Assembly: GCA_963675755.2 (NCBI GenBank)
Contig: CAXXMD010000003.1
Span: 1,152,001 to 1,216,000 of the forward strand
Direction: 5' to 3'
Source: a bacterium
Lineage (GTDB): Bacteria > Zhuqueibacterota > Zhuqueibacteria > Residuimicrobiales > Krinioviventaceae
Length of the DNA stretch: 64,000 nucleotides
The notes under the pieces were generated by a model. That model did not search any database. It was not told the origin of the DNA and was given only the letters and a program-made list of their open reading frames with translations. Of this stretch, positions 60,046-64,000 are shown one piece after another. Position 1 is the stretch's first letter. Each line of letters opens with the position of its first letter. A program made the position numbers and the translations under genes.

Positions 60046-63000
60046 TTGATGAATATAACATTAGAAAATATTAAAGCTTACTCTAACGATTCTGTATACA
60101 AAAAAGGAGTGCGTCTATACAAGCAGAGTAAGGTAGAACTGCTTGAAACCGGGCTTGTACAATTCAAAGCAACCGTCGAAAATGATGAAACACATAACGT
60201 TCAGGTTGAACAAGAGAACGGAAAATTTTACTCTAGCTGTACATGTCCCAGTTGGGGAACCTGCGAGCATGTAATTGCCGCGCTACTAGAGGCAAAGACC
60301 TGGTACAATGAAAACCAGGAAAACCTTATACAACTACAATCGCAGCCACAATGGAAATCATTTTTTGATCAGGTAATAGAGTCTCAAATCTATTCTTTAC
60401 CCACCAGTGAAGACAATTCCATGCAAAAGTGGAAAATTGTCTTTATCATCCAGTTTGATAATGAGTCCTGGTCTTTAACCCCCCAAAAAGCGTATGTAAA
60501 AAAAGATGGCAGCATTGGTCGTTTTGCCAACATTGGTGAATTTGATCCAAACTCTAAAGAACTTTTATATGCTGAAAATGATCCCATTATCATATCGTAT
60601 CTACAAAAATTAGAGCAGCAGCAAAATTCGTTTTATAATTACAGATACTATGGTAATAATCACGACTATGACATTTCAAGCTTTCATTTTAAATATGGCA
60701 GCAAACTGGGTCCGCTTTTTGATTTTCTACAAAACAGCACCCTGCTATTGAAAACAAACGAAAACACTGATCCCATTGAATTTGGCAAAGCCTGTTCTAT
60801 AAATTTTGAATTTGAAAACATTAATGAACATTACAGCCTGAGTCCGGCTATCACTCGAGGACAAAAAACTGAAAAACTAAATCCCGAGTATCACATCCTG
60901 TCTGAACAACCGGTTTGGGTTATTAGAAAAAATAAAATTTACAAAATTGACAATCAGGAATATTCCGGCCTTTTGCTTCCCTTTACTAAAGATACTATTG
61001 ATTTGCAGATACCCAAAGCAGAGTTTCCGGATTTTCTGGAAAACATCTATCCACAATTGTCATTATTTTCTTCTATCCCCCTGCCAGACTCTGTACCGGT
61101 CAAGCATCAAAATTCTATCAGTCACTGTGTTTTAACTTTAAAAGAAACTGAAGATTATCTGGAAATCACCCCCACATTCAATTACGGGGGCCACTTGATT
61201 GATCCGAACGAATCTCAATTCAATATATTTCGGAAAGAAGATGAAATTGTAACACTCATCAGTCGGGATATAAAAAATGAAAACAGAATTCTTGAATCAC
61301 TGCTCAAATCCGGATTAAAAACCTCACCGCGTGGCCCATTCAGATTGATCAACTCTAAAGTTTTGAAATGGATGTTTAAAAACATCCCCCATTTACGCGA
61401 AAAGGGTTTTGTGCTTGATGGAATTGACGAGCTTGAAAATTTCAGAATCCGGACTGGCGAACCAAACGTACGCATGGCAGTAACCACAAAGATCGACTGG
61501 TTTGACCTGAATATCGAAATCGATATTGAAGGCGTTCCCCTGGCCCTTTCCGAACTGAGACGCGCTGTCAAGCAAAACAAAAAGTATGTAAGACTCAAAG
61601 ATAACAGCATAGCCAAGCTCCCTGAAGAATGGTTCCAGAAATTCAAACACCTGTTCAATTTCAGCCATTCAGATGATCAGGAAATACAGGTTGCAAAATA
61701 TCATGTAACCCTCATAGACTCTCTTTTTGAAGATGCCGAAGACAAAATAGTAGACGAAGAATATAATTTCAACCTCGAACGTCTTCAGGGCTTTAAAGGC
61801 ATTGAACAACAGGAATTACCAGCAAACTTGAACAGTGTTCTAAGGGATTATCAAAAAGCCGGTTTTGACTGGCTCTACTTTTTAAAAAAATATAATTTTG
61901 GCGGCTGCCTGGCCGATGATATGGGCCTTGGAAAAACCCTGCAAACCCTTTCGCTGTTGCTAAAAGAAAAAAAACTAGGCAACAAAAACCCCAGCTTGAT
62001 TGTTTGCCCCACATCAGTCGTGTTCAACTGGGAACAGGAAATTAAAAAATTTACCCCTGAACTGAATGTCATGGTGCATACCGGGAATTACCGCCAGAGA
62101 AACATTGACGGTTTTGAAGAATATGATATCATCTTGACCAGTTATGGCATTATGAGACGCGATGTCACCTTTCTCCGGGATTTAGATTTCCATTATATCG
62201 TACTGGATGAGTCACAAAAAATTAAAAATCCACAATCTCAAACCGCCAAAGCGGTTCGTATTTTAAACAGCAGATACAAACTGGTTCTTACCGGCACGCC
62301 GGTTGAAAACAATACCATCGAATTGTGGTCACAGTTCTCTTTTCTAAATCCGGGACTTTTGGGTCCATTACCCTACTTTAAGGCGTTCTTTACCAATCCC
62401 ATTGAAAAAAAGCAGGACACTGAAACAGCAGCTCTGCTGAAGCGGTTGATTTATCCATTCATACTCAGAAGAACCAAAGAAAATGTGGCACCAGAACTTC
62501 CTCCCAAAATAGAACAAACTGTCTTTTGCTCTATGAATCCTGAACAGCAGCAATTGTATCAGTATTGGAAAAACTATTATCGTTCAATGATTCTTGAAAA
62601 AATTGATACGGTTGGTATAGACAAAGCCCGCATGAACATTCTTGAAGGATTGGTCAAACTACGCCAAATTGCCTGTCATCCGCATTTAATTGATAACACA
62701 ATCAACGAAGACTCGGGTAAATTTGAATACCTGAAAGAATCCATTGAAGAGATCATTGCCGAAGACCACAAGATCCTGTTGTTTTCACAGTTTGTACGCA
62801 TGTTGAAATTGTTACAGGCGCACCTCGACGAGGTTGGCATTCCCTACGTTTATCTCGATGGCAACACCCGTAACAGGCAGGAATGTGTGGAACGCTTTCA
62901 AAATGACAAAAATATAAAGATCTTTTTAATCAGCCTCAAAGCCGGTGGAACCGGTCTCAACCTGACCGAAGCGGATTATGTTATCCATTATGATCCCTGG

Positions 63001-63219
63001 TGGAATCCCGCAGTTGAGGTTCAAGCCACAGACCGCGCACACCGTATAGGACAAGAGAAAAAGGTTTTCGTCTATCGCCTGATCACCAAAGAAAGCGTGG
63101 AAGAAAAAATGCTGACCCTGCAGGATAAAAAGAAACAACTGGTATCTGACCTCATCACCACAGATTCCGGATTTTTCAAAAGTTTAACACGTGAAAACGT
63201 GGAAATGCTGTTTGCCTGA
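60046..63219 (+). CDS. SWIM zinc-finger SNF2-family helicase
   Basis: CTCP...CEH SWIM motif; LADDMGLGKT, DESQ, LTGTPVEN, DPWWNP...DRAHRIGQ. Confidence 0.95.
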   Translation: MMNITLENIKAYSNDSVYKKGVRLYKQSKVELLETGLVQFKATVENDETHNVQVEQENGKFYSSCTCPSWGTCEHVIAALLEAKTWYNENQENLIQLQSQPQWKSFFDQVIESQIYSLPTSEDNSMQKWKIVFIIQFDNESWSLTPQKAYVKKDGSIGRFANIGEFDPNSKELLYAENDPIIISYLQKLEQQQNSFYNYRYYGNNHDYDISSFHFKYGSKLGPLFDFLQNSTLLLKTNENTDPIEFGKACSINFEFENINEHYSLSPAITRGQKTEKLNPEYHILSEQPVWVIRKNKIYKIDNQEYSGLLLPFTKDTIDLQIPKAEFPDFLENIYPQLSLFSSIPLPDSVPVKHQNSISHCVLTLKETEDYLEITPTFNYGGHLIDPNESQFNIFRKEDEIVTLISRDIKNENRILESLLKSGLKTSPRGPFRLINSKVLKWMFKNIPHLREKGFVLDGIDELENFRIRTGEPNVRMAVTTKIDWFDLNIEIDIEGVPLALSELRRAVKQNKKYVRLKDNSIAKLPEEWFQKFKHLFNFSHSDDQEIQVAKYHVTLIDSLFEDAEDKIVDEEYNFNLERLQGFKGIEQQELPANLNSVLRDYQKAGFDWLYFLKKYNFGGCLADDMGLGKTLQTLSLLLKEKKLGNKNPSLIVCPTSVVFNWEQEIKKFTPELNVMVHTGNYRQRNIDGFEEYDIILTSYGIMRRDVTFLRDLDFHYIVLDESQKIKNPQSQTAKAVRILNSRYKLVLTGTPVENNTIELWSQFSFLNPGLLGPLPYFKAFFTNPIEKKQDTETAALLKRLIYPFILRRTKENVAPELPPKIEQTVFCSMNPEQQQLYQYWKNYYRSMILEKIDTVGIDKARMNILEGLVKLRQIACHPHLIDNTINEDSGKFEYLKESIEEIIAEDHKILLFSQFVRMLKLLQAHLDEVGIPYVYLDGNTRNRQECVERFQNDKNIKIFLISLKAGGTGLNLTEADYVIHYDPWWNPAVEVQATDRAHRIGQEKKVFVYRLITKESVEEKMLTLQDKKKQLVSDLITTDSGFFKSLTRENVEMLFA

Positions 63220-63233
63220 TAAAGGAGCGCTCC

Positions 63234-63497
63234 ATGAAAATTGACCAGAAATTTTTTGACCAAACCGTTAAAAATTACCTGGAATTCATTCAGGACAAGG
63301 TGTCTGAATACCCCATGGAAAAACAGCTGGAAATTGTAGCGGTCATTTCGCAACTACGTAAAATCAAACTGGACAACCTTTCGGAACAGGATTGGAAAAC
63401 CATTCTCCTCGCAAATAAAATATTTGCAGAAACTCCTTATAAACAAGACATGATCAATATTTTCAGATATACAAACGACTTGTTTCTTGATGACTGA
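63234..63497 (+). CDS. Hypothetical protein
   Basis: AAGGAG RBS; 87-aa ORF directly after SNF2. Confidence 0.65.
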   Translation: MKIDQKFFDQTVKNYLEFIQDKVSEYPMEKQLEIVAVISQLRKIKLDNLSEQDWKTILLANKIFAETPYKQDMINIFRYTNDLFLDD

Positions 63498-63578
63498 AAA
63501 GATGTTTTTTAATAATCAATTATATGAATAATTTCACCACTGGCTCTGTTTTCTGATATATACAATTTGGAGGCTAAC

Positions 63579-63821
63579 ATGAATATAGTCGTATTTCTGC
63601 TTGTGGGACTGATCGCGGGATGGCTTGCCGGTCAGATCATGAAGGATAAAAAACGTAAATTACTGGGAAACCTGATTGTTGGTGTACTCGGTGCGATCAT
63701 TGGCGGATTTTTGTTTAATGCACTGGGGCTGGCAGCTTTTGGTATCCTCGGTTCTATTATCATGGCAACCATAGGTGCTGTTGTGCTATTGTGGCTGCTC
63801 AGACTCATCAATAAAAAATAA
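63579..63821 (+). CDS. GlsB/YeaQ/YmgE (transglycosylase-associated) membrane protein
   Basis: LLVGLIAGWLAG...NLIVGVLGAIIGG...ATIGAVVLL; GGAGG RBS before ATG 63579. Confidence 0.9.
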   Translation: MNIVVFLLVGLIAGWLAGQIMKDKKRKLLGNLIVGVLGAIIGGFLFNALGLAAFGILGSIIMATIGAVVLLWLLRLINKK

Positions 63822-63876
63822 ATCTATTTTTATCAACAGCCTTGTTTCTTTGAGAATAAATATTTTTCCCAAGAAA

Positions 63877-64000
63877 TCAAGGCTCTGTTACCCACAAATC
63901 CCCATAACCGCTAAAGGTCATATCATACACTTTTTTGACTTGCTGGTCTGTACTTTTATGTATCAAAACATAAGATTCCGCTATATTCATATCTGCATCA
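63877..64000 (-). CDS. Probable 3' end of a gene entering from the window edge
   Basis: Open frame DADMNIAESYVL...GYGDLWVTEP-stop; ends within an imperfect hairpin at 63838-63884. Confidence 0.4.
   Translation of the reverse strand, partial: DADMNIAESYVLIHKSTDQQVKKVYDMTFSGYGDLWVTEP

Noticed and set aside
1-64000. CRISPR array, tRNA/rRNA genes, prophage or transposase
   Set aside because: No regularly spaced repeats, cloverleaf or rRNA signatures, or mobile-element proteins were seen by eye; intergenic gaps are short.

Overview
AT-rich bacterial chromosomal window. The likely source is an FCB-superphylum lineage such as KSB1 or Calditrichota; this is inferred from several secreted proteins ending in YPNPFN-type C-terminal sorting domains. 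Housekeeping content: rplM-rpsI-rpsB-tsf-pyrH-frr, pyrR-pyrB-pyrC, pyk and a SWIM-SNF2 helicase. Glycan and amino-sugar genes: nagA, nagB, GH95, GH92, heparinase II/III, an esterase and DUF1080. It also holds four HisKA_2 sensor kinases, a toxin-first VapC/Phd module and a Fur regulator with two Fur boxes. Two loci stand out. (1) A selenocysteine peroxiredoxin gene (prxU; in-frame TGA plus SECIS) is enclosed by a perfect 18-bp inverted repeat, with one arm in the 5' UTR and the other just after the stop codon, and has two near-identical translation starts. (2) A very AT-rich three-gene island encodes an M.PvuII-like N4-cytosine methyltransferase, a PD-(D/E)xK-like protein and a MORC/GHKL ATPase, and is a candidate defence system. 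Also noted: a degenerate dihydroorotase (possible PyrC'), a probable pseudokinase next to an intact paralogue, and a non-canonical start for pyrH. No rRNA, tRNA, CRISPR array or transposase was seen. All family calls come from motif recognition, not database searches.
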